Origin: Candidatus Saccharimonadota bacterium | GTDB lineage: Bacteria; Patescibacteriota; Gracilibacteria; BD1-5; UBA2023 | DNA: 32,000 nt | Assembly: GCA_963706795.1 (NCBI GenBank) | Contig: OY970170.1 | Coordinates: 300,001 to 332,000 of the forward strand | Reading direction: 5' to 3' | Part shown: positions 10,956 through 21,600 of the stretch, one piece after another | How positions within the stretch are numbered: the stretch's first letter is position 1 | Layout of the letters: each line of letters begins with the position of its first letter | Notes under the pieces: generated by a model | The model's database searches: none | The model's input: only the letters and a program-made list of their open reading frames with translations | Told to the model about the DNA's origin: nothing | Program-made: the position numbers and the translations under genes

Positions 10956-12035
10956 TTATAATATAGTTTTGAAATGATCTTCTATAGCTTTTATTCATAC
11001 TGACCTAAGCTTCTTCATAGACTTTATAGCATTCATTGATAAGGCATCGTACGTATCTTCTGAGATTAATTGTATTTTGAAGATGAGATTGGAAAGCTCT
11101 AGAGGATTTGTAAAGAGAAATCCATTATGCCCGTCTATTATGATATCACGGTGTCATTCTACGTCTGAAACGATTGGCATAATACCATGTGACATTGCTT
11201 CTATAAGACTATAGGAGAGTCATTCCATGAGGCTTGCTGAGATCATGTACTTACTTTTTCGCAAATATCCCATAGCTTCATCGTTGCTTAGTCTTCATAA
11301 AAATTGAGCCGTAGGATAGAGAGACATCCATTCGTTCAATTGATAGCCATCTCCTATAAAGAGAATTTTGTCCAACATACCAAGATTGTTAAAGACTCAG
11401 AGCAGGATCTCTACTCATTTGTCCTTGACCATCCTCCCTAGATAAACAAATTCATATTTTTTCGCTTCTACTCAAGATATTTTCTGTGTTCGAAAATTAG
11501 GACAGAGGAGAAGTTTCTCAGATGGAACTTTGAACTGTTCAGAGAGTATGTAGCTCTCTGAGGCTCAACATGAGAGGTAGTACTTTGCTTGTTTGGACAA
11601 AATTTTTTCAAAAATCCATTCTATAAATCTGGTCATTCACATGAATCGTTTAGTCTGAACACAATTAGGACTATGATATACATTACTAATGATTCAGAGC
11701 ATGTACAAGAACCTTGATATCTTTCCAGCGTAGCTCGTATAGCTTATGAGAATATCCGATTGTTTATCTCTAAAAAAATTGATGAAGAAGCAAATATCTT
11801 GGAATAAAAATCGATATGATCTCCGAAGAGGAACATGCGTAATTGTTCCGTATTCCTTGAGAATGTCTTCATTCTCAGCCTGTGTTTCTCCATACCTGTT
11901 TCGTATTTTCTCGGGGAAAAGAAAATGTACTTCAAAACCCATCTGCACGAGTATTGCTGATAACTCCTTCATGGCAACGAGAATGCCTGCGTATGGACAC
12001 TCTGTAATGAGATATATCCTACTTTTCTTGAGCAT
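10956..12035 (-). CDS. GT-B fold glycosyltransferase (GT4/group-1 type), 359 aa
   Basis: I translated it fully by hand and it is open across 9 TGA codons. The C-terminal catalytic region reads SLME-G-LSYSLIEAMSHGIMPIVSDVE-G-HRDIIIDGHNGFLF (EX7E-type). Stop TAA at 10956-10958, 12 nt before the NUDIX ATG. Confidence 0.8.
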
Positions 12036-12849
12036 ATACCTTTTCTATAAATGATATGTCCTTATTTACTTCCACTTCGTATCATTGGGGTTTTCTGAGA
12101 ATGAAAGAAGCCGTGTGCTCGAGTGGTATCACTGGCAAGAATGCGAGCACTCTTTCTCTTGCTAGGTCATATAGGATTTTTCGCTCATGTGCATAGTGGT
12201 CGATTACCTTCTCAAAAAAATGTTCAAAGTCCAGTCAATGATTCACTACTCAGTCAAATACTAATTTGGCCAAATCCTGAGCAGGCTCACTTATGTTTGA
12301 AAATTCCCAATCTATGAGTGTTGGCTTTTGGTTCTCTGCAAACAAGAGGTGTCGAAGACGTAAGTCTCTGTGGACTATAGTAAATTCCCCATGTTTTAAA
12401 TTCCGTATCTGTTTCTCGATCCAATGCTTTATATCGTGATCTAACGGAAACGAAGAGTTCGTAAAATTAATTTTTTCATTCACATATTTTTTCAAATATG
12501 GTATGTATTCACCATGTCCTATTTTTGTACGCAGGTGGGGTTCATTGGATCTAATGAGCCCATGCAACTCAACTGCGCATGTTATCAAATGGTCAAATGC
12601 TTGATCTTTATTCTTTCCTTCAGCCTCAGTGATACACTTCATTTTTACATATCAGTCTCTCACTGAGACCTCTCTTATTTCAGGGGGTTGGAATGAGCTT
12701 CGACCTTGTAGTATATTTGAAACTAACCAACTTGATTCATTTTTTATCTCAAAGCTATTTGGAGTGTATCGTTTCACGAAAATTTGTTCTCAATTTTCTT
12801 GGATAATATCTGTGGAATGCCACTGTTTTAATCATTGAATTTTATTCAT
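12019..12849 (-). CDS. Aminoglycoside-phosphotransferase/choline-kinase-fold small-molecule kinase (276 aa)
   Basis: The catalytic loop IVHRDLRLRHLLF (HxDxxxxN-like) is followed by LIDWEF (a metal-binding D-x-E/D-like segment). The N-terminal extension to the ATG at 12849 reads through three TGA codons. The stop (12019-12021) overlaps the glycosyltransferase start by 17 nt. The substrate is unknown. Confidence 0.65.
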
Positions 12850-12870
12850 AAACATTCGTTAGAATATAAA

Positions 12871-14121
12871 TTACCGTAAGAACCTTTCCTTGGCTTCAAT
12901 GGTGAGGCCATAGCCCACTGAATTAAACGAATCTCAAAAAACAACTCGTCAATTTTTAAATAATTCTCTAATGCGCGACGTAACTATTGGCAGTAACGAG
13001 GAGCCGCCAGTTAAAAACACCGTGTCGATCTTATCAGTAGTTGTTCCAGCTTGAGAAATAGCTTCCATCATCGTGACCATTACAGTATCAAGGCTTGTAT
13101 GAATCATTACTTCGAAATCTTTCCTGGAAAGATTGTAGTGAAAAGGATAGTTGAAAAATTCGAATACGCCTTCGGTATGTTCGCACTTAGAAAGAGCGCG
13201 CTTTGATTTTTCGACTTCCGAAAAATATTCATATCACAGTCTATGATTGTGGGAAATTTCTTGAATTCTTCCAAATCTTTCCTTGTCCTGAGAAATGCGG
13301 TATATATCATCTATAGCTGAAGTTACCTTCTTGGTAGATAATTCATGTATATTCTTCCAATCAGAAAGCATGTAGAAAAACGACGTAGGTACATCAAGTG
13401 ATTTTCAGAGAGAGCTGTATTTGCTGCCTTTTCAAAGAAAATTACAAAAGAAATCATATGATAATCTTTGATCAAAGGCGTCTCATCCAATGTATACCCC
13501 ACTGTTTCAGAGGATATCCATTGATACTTTATTAACCCTCAAAAGGGAGAAGTCGCTCGTTCCACCACCCAAATCAACTATTAGGACTGTTTCGTTCTTG
13601 TCTTCGAGGAGGGTTTCCTGATATGCCTTTGCTGCAGCTAATGGCTCAAATTGGAATTCTATATTCTTGAATCATGCAAGTCTTGCAGCAGACTCTAGGC
13701 GTTTTTGGGCAACTGCGTCTAACTCTTTATTAGTATCATTAAAATGAACCGGTCTACCCATTACTACAGACTGAACACTTTCATTCAATACACCTTCCAG
13801 TCTTTGTTTGATTTCTGATATTATAATTCCTAAAACTTCTGTAAGACTGTGCTCTTTCCCTAATAAGATAGTAGAAATCTCTTCTTTAGTTCAGAGAAAA
13901 GATTTGAGCGATTGAAGGAGTCTACCACTTGATCCTGAGGTAAATCTTCGCATTCATTCCACTCAGATAACAAATTCATTTTCTTCAGTATCAGCAAATA
14001 AAACGGTTCTATCTGCTTGCTTGTCTTCAGACAAATTGATCAATCTATGCTCTACTCAATCAGAATAGCCTATAGTCGAGTTGGTAGTTCAGAAATCAAG
14101 TCACGAAGCAAGCGTTTTCAT
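12871..14121 (-). CDS. Hsp70/actin-fold ATPase, YegD-like (416 aa, lacks a substrate-binding domain)
   Basis: Invisible in the ORF track because of more than 15 TGA codons. The track ORF 13107..13310 is out of frame with it. Motifs: S-G-LDF-G-TTNS (phosphate-1; TGA at 14101-14103 and 14089-14091), FEPLAAAKAY, VDLGGGTSDF, I-G-GDAFD and LTGGSSLLPIV. I translated the whole frame and it is open. Confidence 0.8.
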
Positions 14122-14171
14122 GTATCAGGCAAATAAACTAATATGTGGTACTTATACATCCACTCAACAAG

Positions 14172-14207
14172 AAAAAAACAGAAAATTCACAGAAATTTTC
14201 TGTTTTT
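14172..14207. terminator. Symmetric A/T-flanked hairpin (bidirectional intrinsic-terminator shape)
   Basis: aaaaacagaaaatt (14174-14187) pairs with aattttctgttttt (14194-14207). The A-run and T-run flanks give a U-tail on either strand. It sits between the 656-aa gene and the Hsp70-like gene. Confidence 0.55.
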
Positions 14208-14287
14208 AACACAATTTGAAGTGGTTATGTCACAGAAATCCTTACAATTCTTTGATATGACAAACGGAAGAATTAACGAAAAGTACT

Positions 14288-14316
14288 CAATAAAAAAACC
14301 TCCGAAGAGGTTTTAG
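14288..14316 (-). terminator. Intrinsic terminator overlapping the stop of the 656-aa gene
   Basis: The minus strand reads aaaacctc-ttcg-gaggttttttta. The stem is short and AT-rich, a T-run follows, and the TAA stop (14313-14315) lies in the 5' arm. Confidence 0.5.
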
Positions 14317-16283
14317 ATTTTTACACCAAGGGCTTCACGAATACCCGTCTCGCTCACCCGATTATCTGGCGGAAGCAAGAATCTACGACTCTGAAGTCAC
14401 TCGAGGAGTGCTTTTTTCTTCTCTGAAACAGGAACCGAGGAATTAATTTCACCATTTTGTGTGCTAAAAAGTGGTGGATCCTTCTTGATGAGACTATTTA
14501 AACTATCAGCAATAGCCTTTTTCTTTGCAGGAGTAAGTTCCTCAGAGAGCTCGATTCTATCAGCTCCATTGCGATGTTCGTTTATGATCCCGAAGAATGT
14601 ATCAAGGAATTCCTGTCCAGCAGCATCGAGTCCAAATTCTTCAGTAAGAATGAGGAGATTTTTGCGAGTGGTTTCGTAGGATTCCTGGTAGATAGACTTT
14701 TTACGGAATGGGTACGAATCAGAATTTTGGAGATCAAATTTTGCTTCGAGTTTCACAATAGCCTCTTTGCGCTTGAGCGCCTCTTCAGGGGTATTTTGTT
14801 CAATATATCGAGCAATCGAATCGAGCCCATTAAAGAAGTCAGCATGTGAAAATGTATCATGCGAAGGGTTCTTTTCAGATTCTTCCATAATACTCTGCTG
14901 GATGACTCACATAAGTTTTGAGTCATTCTTGAGAGCTGCAACCTGTGAACGTGAAAGAGTTTTAAAACTCTCCTGTGGATTATCAAGATCGACTCAGCGC
15001 TCTTTAATAGCAGCGCGAACTTTGTCAGAAGCCTTACCTGCCTGAATCATCGTGCCCGACCACGCATCACGTGCAAGAGCCTGTCTCGATGACTGAAGAT
15101 TTGTTTCGGAAGTCTTAAGTCTCTCAAGTTCCATGCGATCGACGGCCTCTTCTTTAGATAGCCCTTCAATACGAAGTGCAGCTTTTGGACCCAGGATTAT
15201 CGGAATATGAATATCATTCTGATTCATAAACAGACCCTTTCCAGGTACATAGCTTGGGAAAGTACCCTGAGCATCAGATATACCACGAGTTCGCTGACCA
15301 TCTCGATAGATTTCGCGATTAGCATCTAGACCTGTGGCAGTAGCAATATTATACGCTCCAGGAGAAACCTTTGGATCCTCTAAAAGACTCGTCTTAACAT
15401 CTCTAAATCCCGAAGTTGATGAGAGCTTTGCAAACTGTGCCTCAAGCTCTGCATGATAGGTTTCCGGAGCTTTCGAAATGAAATCAGCACGAAAATGCAA
15501 GATAGTTCGCATCTCCGCCTTCTCATTGATCTCCTTGCTCACCGCAGCACGATCTTGTTCTGGAATTTCTGTGATTTTCTTTCCATGCTCAGTCTCCCAA
15601 ATCTTCGTCTGTGCTTCAAGATATTTACGGAATTCAACATCATATTTTCCACCAATAATCTCAGCAGGAGATTTTCAAGGAAAAGCCTTTGAAATGAGCT
15701 CTTTGGTGGCTTTGAGTTCTACGAACATTGCTTCATTAGAGATCTTAGTTTTCTCTGCAATACTCTCTTCCGCTACTCTCGCCTGATCGCTTTGAAGAAC
15801 TACACTATTCAGCTCAGTTTTTTCTTGAATTTTAGTTAACTGCTCCTGTGCAGCAGCATTTTGCATTTCAGTTGCAGTATTTTGCATCTTGTTCAATACA
15901 TCTTCCTTCTTTACTACTTCATCTTTCATTTCCAAAGAGGACTCTTTAAGAACAAATGACTTAGATTCTTTTTGTGCTGCCTCTAATATGCCTTGCCACT
16001 TTTTTAAAAATAACTCAATATCCGCTTGAAGGCTTTTAGAATCAGCAATATCAATTGTATCAATCAAATCAGTTTGAAATTTTGTGAGTTGTGTATTGCG
16101 GACTGAATCATCAGTGTACGACTGCTGCAGTGCTGTAAACACAGCCTGCACGTTTGCTTTAATACTCTCAGGTAATCAACTAAGGTCTAGTGTGAGTGAC
16201 GGAACAACTTTACCAATCTCCTTCTCAGAAGAAGCAGGAGATGACGACTGTAATACTGGGCTGTTTTGGGACAATTCGTTCAT
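14313..16283 (-). CDS. Hypothetical protein, 656 aa, with a coiled-coil-rich N-terminal half and no recognisable domain
   Basis: ORF fragments 15675..16151, 14994..15542 and 14397..14888 share one frame and are joined by TGA codons at 15675, 14994, ~14900 and 14397. ATG at 16283 (MNELSQNSPVLQ...). True TAA at 14313-14315. I saw no NTPase, nuclease or signal-peptide motif. Confidence 0.65.
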
Positions 16284-16300
16284 AGACAAAGACTAGCATA

Positions 16301-16334
16301 AAAAATCCTTCGTTGCAAAAAACGAAGGATTTTT
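16301..16334 (-). terminator. Strong hairpin (14-bp perfect stem) between the second and third orphan genes
   Basis: aaaaatccttcgtt (16301-16314), loop gcaaaa, aacgaaggattttt (16321-16334). It begins 21 nt after the TAG of the upstream gene (16356) and ends 18 nt before the ATG of the next gene (16283). Confidence 0.65.
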
Positions 16335-16355
16335 AGAAAATGTCTTCTTGAATCA

Positions 16356-17255
16356 CTAATTTTTTAGAGACACTGTCTGTAAAGATGCTGTACTTGGGCT
16401 TGATGAAAATTCCAGAAGATCACCTTTTCCTGAGCGTACAACACCAAGAAGAGATTTTATCTTGGCAACATAGCTTGGATGCTTATTACGAGATTCAAAA
16501 CGTGCAATGACCATCGGGAAGATAACATCAGCGCGCGCGTATGCTTTATTTAAAGCTTCAATATCTTTACTGCTTTGAGTAAGCGATGTTTTTCCTGAGC
16601 GAAAATCAGAAAAGATTACTCTCAACTTTTCTGATCATTCTCCAATTTCAGTCATGAGTTTTTCAGCAACTTCTGCAAGCTCGTTATCTTTTATAACCTC
16701 CAGTTTTTCAAGTCTAATTTTCTCTTTCTCGGCAGCTGTAATTTTCATTTCTTCCTGAGCTGTCGCAATTACTACATTAGCTTGTTCAATGCTAGAATTA
16801 GCATTAGCAGTCCTCGTTTTAGCATTTTCAATATCTATCTTAGCTTGATTTTCTCTTTCAGTGGCACTCAATTTCATCTCGCAAGCATCGTAATAGTCAT
16901 TGAAATCACGATCAATCTTAGTCTTAATCTTAGCGAGCTTCTCTGGACTGTTAGCACCTGCCTCTTCAGCCTTAATCTTTTCGAGAAGATGAGCAGTACC
17001 TTCTTTGGCAGTCGCAATACATTCAGCTCGCTCACGTGTCTTATTCTGCTGAATTTCTGCTGCTGCGGCAGGATTAATATTCATGAGACTTGCAGCTGAA
17101 AGAGTAACTCATGCAGCCACCATTTTTACTCCATCCTTTCCTTCTTGAAATGCATCTTTTGCGCGTTGAAGCAAGGAGGACTTCTCTCACCCTAAAGAAG
17201 CGACTTTAACGTCACCGGAGGCGATCCCGCCACCAAATGTGTTCTTATCACCCAT
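16356..17255 (-). CDS. Hypothetical coiled-coil protein, 299 aa
   Basis: ORFs 16635..17084 and 16356..16625 are in one frame across TGA 16635. The N-terminal extension to the ATG at 17255 crosses two more TGA codons, and there is an upstream in-frame TAA. It has a Gly-rich head (GDKNTFGGGIASGD), a hydrophobic stretch (VKMVAAGVTLSAASLMNINPAAAA) and then ~150 aa of Ala/Glu/Lys heptad-like sequence. Confidence 0.6.
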
Positions 17256-17314
17256 ATAAGAGAAATTAATACGTCTGGATTTTACTCCAAACACTCAGTG
17301 GAGTCAAAGAAATA

Positions 17315-18475
17315 TTAGAACTTTCGCACCTTATCTATACCAGCTTCTATTCTTTTGCCAAGAATATCGTTCACCTCTTTGCTTGTGAGCTGGACTACTG
17401 ATGATCGCGATCCTTTTTGCTTGAGACGCAATTTGTTATTTGCGTCATTTACGAGTACTGAAATATCACCAAATGCTTCAATAGTTGGATAATCTTGTGG
17501 AGCATAGTAAATAAGCGAGTTCGCACGATCCCATGGGAGACTGAGTTGCATACGCATAGTCTCCGCATTTGGATTAATGATAGCTACCATGCGTCCAATA
17601 GCGCTCATCTGATCAAATCCTCACATAAGTCCAGCAATATCATTGCCAGTGCGCTTCTTATGAAATGCAAATTGCACTGCATCAGCCATGTATTCGATGC
17701 CCGTTAATACCGCCTGGGCAGTTTTTTTACCAAATAAATCCTGCTGAATTAGGTGTGGGAAGAGTGCATTGCAACGCTCTATCGCATACGCACGGAAACT
17801 CGGATTGCGGAGATATTCGAGAAGATTTTCTTTTGGCTTTTGAAGTGTATTTACGTATTCCTGATATTCCTGATCATTATAAGGTCGCGTCACTCCATTT
17901 TGAGTAAAACGAAGCCAGTCTCTATCTCCTTCAGCAGAAAAGAGCTTGAGCACAATCGATTCAATATTTTTATCAGTCACTTCGCTTGCACCAATGACCT
18001 CTGTAAGACCTTTTCAGAGAGTTTTTTTCTTGAGAAGTTCTCCACTGTTATAAAAAATCGAGAGTCCGACTTTTGCTGGAACGAAAGGCAGGACTTTGAT
18101 TCTGCGAGATTCCAGTGCGGGATTCTTTTCGCGTGCGTCTACTTCGCGTCTCTGAATTTCTAAGAATGTTTTGAAGGTCTTATTTAAGATTCCGTAATCC
18201 CCCATCATCCGAAGCCGAAGATGAATCAGCGACTCGAGCGCATCAGGATTGAGCGACTTCTGCATGAGTGCCCCTGGAGAAGTATTTTTTTCTCGGATCA
18301 GGGTCTCAAGAGGATCTGGCGAATGGGCAGTCTTATGAGAATCACCAGCTGCCGAAGAATCTCCGGAAATCACAGAAAAAACGCCGAGCGCAAAAGCCGT
18401 CTGTACAATATTAGCCTTGAGAGCAGAGGATTTTTTGGATGCGTTATTTTGATTGGAAGATTCTAGTGAATTCAT
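17315..18475 (-). CDS. Hypothetical secreted protein, 386 aa
   Basis: ORFs 18014..18475, 17621..17980 and 17315..17608 are in one frame, joined by TGA 18014 and TGA 17621. An N-terminal signal-like segment (ALKANIVQTAFALGVFSVISGDSSAAG) is present. True TAA at 17315-17317. No family recognised. Confidence 0.65.
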
Positions 18476-18500
18476 CGAAAATTTTCTGGGAATTGGAGTT

Positions 18501-18530
18501 AGTATACTAATAGAATACGAGGAATGTCAA
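18501..18530 (-). promoter_or_regulatory. Candidate sigma-70-type promoter for the three-gene orphan cluster
   Basis: The minus strand reads TTGACA (18530-18525), an 18-nt spacer, then TATACT (18506-18501), 25 nt upstream of the ATG at 18475. This is pattern match only. Confidence 0.4.
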
Positions 18531-18658
18531 TATCGTTGATAAATAAGGGCCACTAAGATTGAATTAACTTAGTTAGCCAAAAATGACGCCTCAGAAGATC
18601 AAAAATATGTATCTTCTAATCTAAATAAATGAACTCTGTAGTGATGCAAGGTTGCTAC

Positions 18659-21600
18659 TTAAGAAATACTTTCTTCTCATCCCTGATTATCACTCCTAGC
18701 AAGCAATTCAGTTAATAAGATTTCATACCTATGCAATTCTGAAGCCTGAGTCTCCATATCTACTTCTTTGAACATTGCTAGCCAGTTAGTAAATCAAACC
18801 TTAGACCCATTAAGTGCATATCAAAGTGTCATCAATCGGAAAGGATGGCCTCTATCTCTCTTGTAGTCTTTTATAAACTGCAGATTGATAGATTCTGGTA
18901 ACATAGGCACAACTGATTTTTGGGCATACTTTTGTATTCAATGAAATTGATATGGGTCATCTGCTTGTTCTACCTCCTCTAAATAAAGTTGAGATTGAAG
19001 CATAGACTCAGAGATCATTTCGACGCCCGAATTCATACTGTGTATGCTTTCAGATAGCTCTGATAGAGATTCAAATCATAAACTTTCTAGGTCGATTGAA
19101 CCATTATCAATATCAGCACTGATATTGATAATCAGTTGAGTCCAATATCAATAAAGTCTTTTTAAGGCTATTAAGCTAAGATTTTCAAACGTAAGATGAC
19201 ACAAGTTCGAAATAAAAATCAACTGCACTCAGCGTTGTGTTATCGAATCATGTCCCGCAAACCATGCCTCAATATCATCCTTAATTACAGGACGCATTAA
19301 TCGAATTTTACCAAAATAATTGAGGCATCTCAGAAAAGAGGTGGTGAGCCTTCAATCAAAGATGACATCTTCAATGGCTGGAACTAACTTCTTATAAAGT
19401 GTCAACGGATCACATTTTTCCAAAATATGATCCAGTACCAACTTAAATGCAGGACTATATTCTTTGTGATCAAAATTCCCCATATTAAGGATTGATTCAA
19501 CTGAGGGTAAATCTTCGACATCTAAAGACTGACTTAAGAAGTAATGAGCACGGAAAAAATCCTCAATTGACTGACTTGCAAAGTCTAATGAGTTATCACT
19601 AGATCTATGCACATAGCCTAACTCAGATATATCTTCAAATAGGTCTAAATCGACATCTCATTGGCCATGATTTGAGAGAAGTTTCTTATGCGCAAAGTCA
19701 GCTAAGCGCAGGAGGTATCTATTTAGTCTAAGAGATGCTATATCTGGGTTAATTTTAGATAAAGGGATATCACTCTTATTCCTTAGATGTTTATAAAAAA
19801 TATCCGCAATAAGAAGCTTGTATATTGTATAGCCTGATTTATCGTGAATTTCAGTCAATCATTCTTGATTGGATAATAAATTAAAAAATAAAATCATCGT
19901 TAAAGGATTCTCACTTAGTTGGACATTAGAACTAACTCTATTGTAAGCCTGAATTTGCTTTGAATACTCTTCAAAGCTCTCTACTCTTCTGAGCAGAAAC
20001 TTATAATGATCTATCGACTTAAATTCTAAAAGTTTCCAGCCTCTTTCTCGACTTTCCAAATCAATTATATTTGATTTGGCTGATAGAAAGATAGGGCATT
20101 TAAGATGTAAAACTGAATCTAATATAATTTTTTGCTTTCAATAGGAAACCTCGTCGATTCAATCGATAATAATAATCGAATTATCTTGTGCGTCTTGCTC
20201 AAGGACTTGGCGTATATCCTGATCTAACATAGAGCCGAAATCACATCCCTCATAGAATCTTACAGGCCTGCTTATCTGCAAATAGTCTCCTAGCAAGAAA
20301 GTTGATGCAACTGCAGCAGAAAGTATGCTCTTGCCAGCTCAAGTACCACCAATAAAAAGATAATGATTCTCAGAGTTTACTTCGTTGGTATAAAACTTTC
20401 ATAGCACTTCTCGGAATGTAATTATCTCAGTACCAATTACTGAATGATTTACGAGTTCTATCTCATCAAGCATATCCGCTAAAAAAAGAGGATGAGCTTT
20501 CTGGATAGTAACATCTACCGAACTTCGAATGATTCGACTAATCTTACGTAGGCTTTGGATTTGTTTTATAATATCAATTCCAAAGTCTAATGTTGTCAGC
20601 CTAGAAATATCTAGCGAGTCAAAGTATCGGTAAATATTATGCAACCCTATGCTACTAAATCGATCGTTCTTTCGCAGCGATATAAGATATAGGGACTCAA
20701 AACAAAATTTGTGATGCCTCGAGAATCACCAGAGAATCTTATATCCATGTATCCCCCTTCTTAAAAGTTGATAGACAATTGCGGACTCTAAATTTGGAAT
20801 TTTCTCACTTTCGTTTAACCAATCCTCTAATTTCTCTGCATTTTCATTTAGTAGCCTGAAATTGATTAAATTCTGCAAATCGACGTAATCAAGACTGGTT
20901 TGTGAAAATACCCGAGAACACTCATCGTAGTTTTTTGGAGTCACTACAAACAATCAATTTTGTTCAAGAATTTTTCAGTTTGCATTGAGATCAATACAGG
21001 CAATGCCCTCTTTAATAAAGTTGTTACATTCCCTTTTTATCTCCAAAGTGGATTTTCATCTAGTTAAAGCAAATACAGGAGCAAATGAGCTATTTGATAC
21101 TATAACGAATAGACTTCCTCACTGTTTTATATCTGCATTATCATAAAATAGCGCAGATATTTCAGTTATTGAATTTAGCAGCTCATCTATGTACGATTCT
21201 GATTTACTTATTCAAGATAGCTGAATATTGGAAATTTTTGCGTTAGGAAATTTCTCGACTAATTGCAGAGCAGTTTGTTGATTTCGCTTCTTTCATGAGG
21301 AATCAAGCAAAATCTCAACAGGATATCAAGGCTTAAATACAGCACTATAAATATCTTCCTCCAAATTTAATTCATCAAAATTCTTTACAGGAAGAAGAGT
21401 ATCAAGTTCATGCAAGGTCTTTGCTACCGACGGATTTCAAACAAAGAAGAAGTCTAATCTTTCTTTGTATTCAATATACTGCGAACTGTCCTGATAATAA
21501 GGGAAATGTCTTATGAAAAGTAGTTTCTTCTCGCAATAATTCGTGCCAAGTATATTTTTAATATCTTGCTGATAACCAGACTCTCATAGCAATACTCTTG

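Noticed and set aside
10732-10998. An 88-aa minus-strand ORF spanning the glycosyltransferase/NUDIX junction.
   Set aside because: It is out of frame with both the glycosyltransferase (ends 10956) and the NUDIX gene (starts 10943). Those two are supported by motifs and this ORF is not.
13107-13310. A 67-aa minus-strand ORF (MIYTAFLRTRKDLEEF...).
   Set aside because: It is out of frame with the Hsp70-like gene that spans this region (14121 to 12871). That frame carries the DLGGGT, GGDAFD and GGSSLLP motifs.
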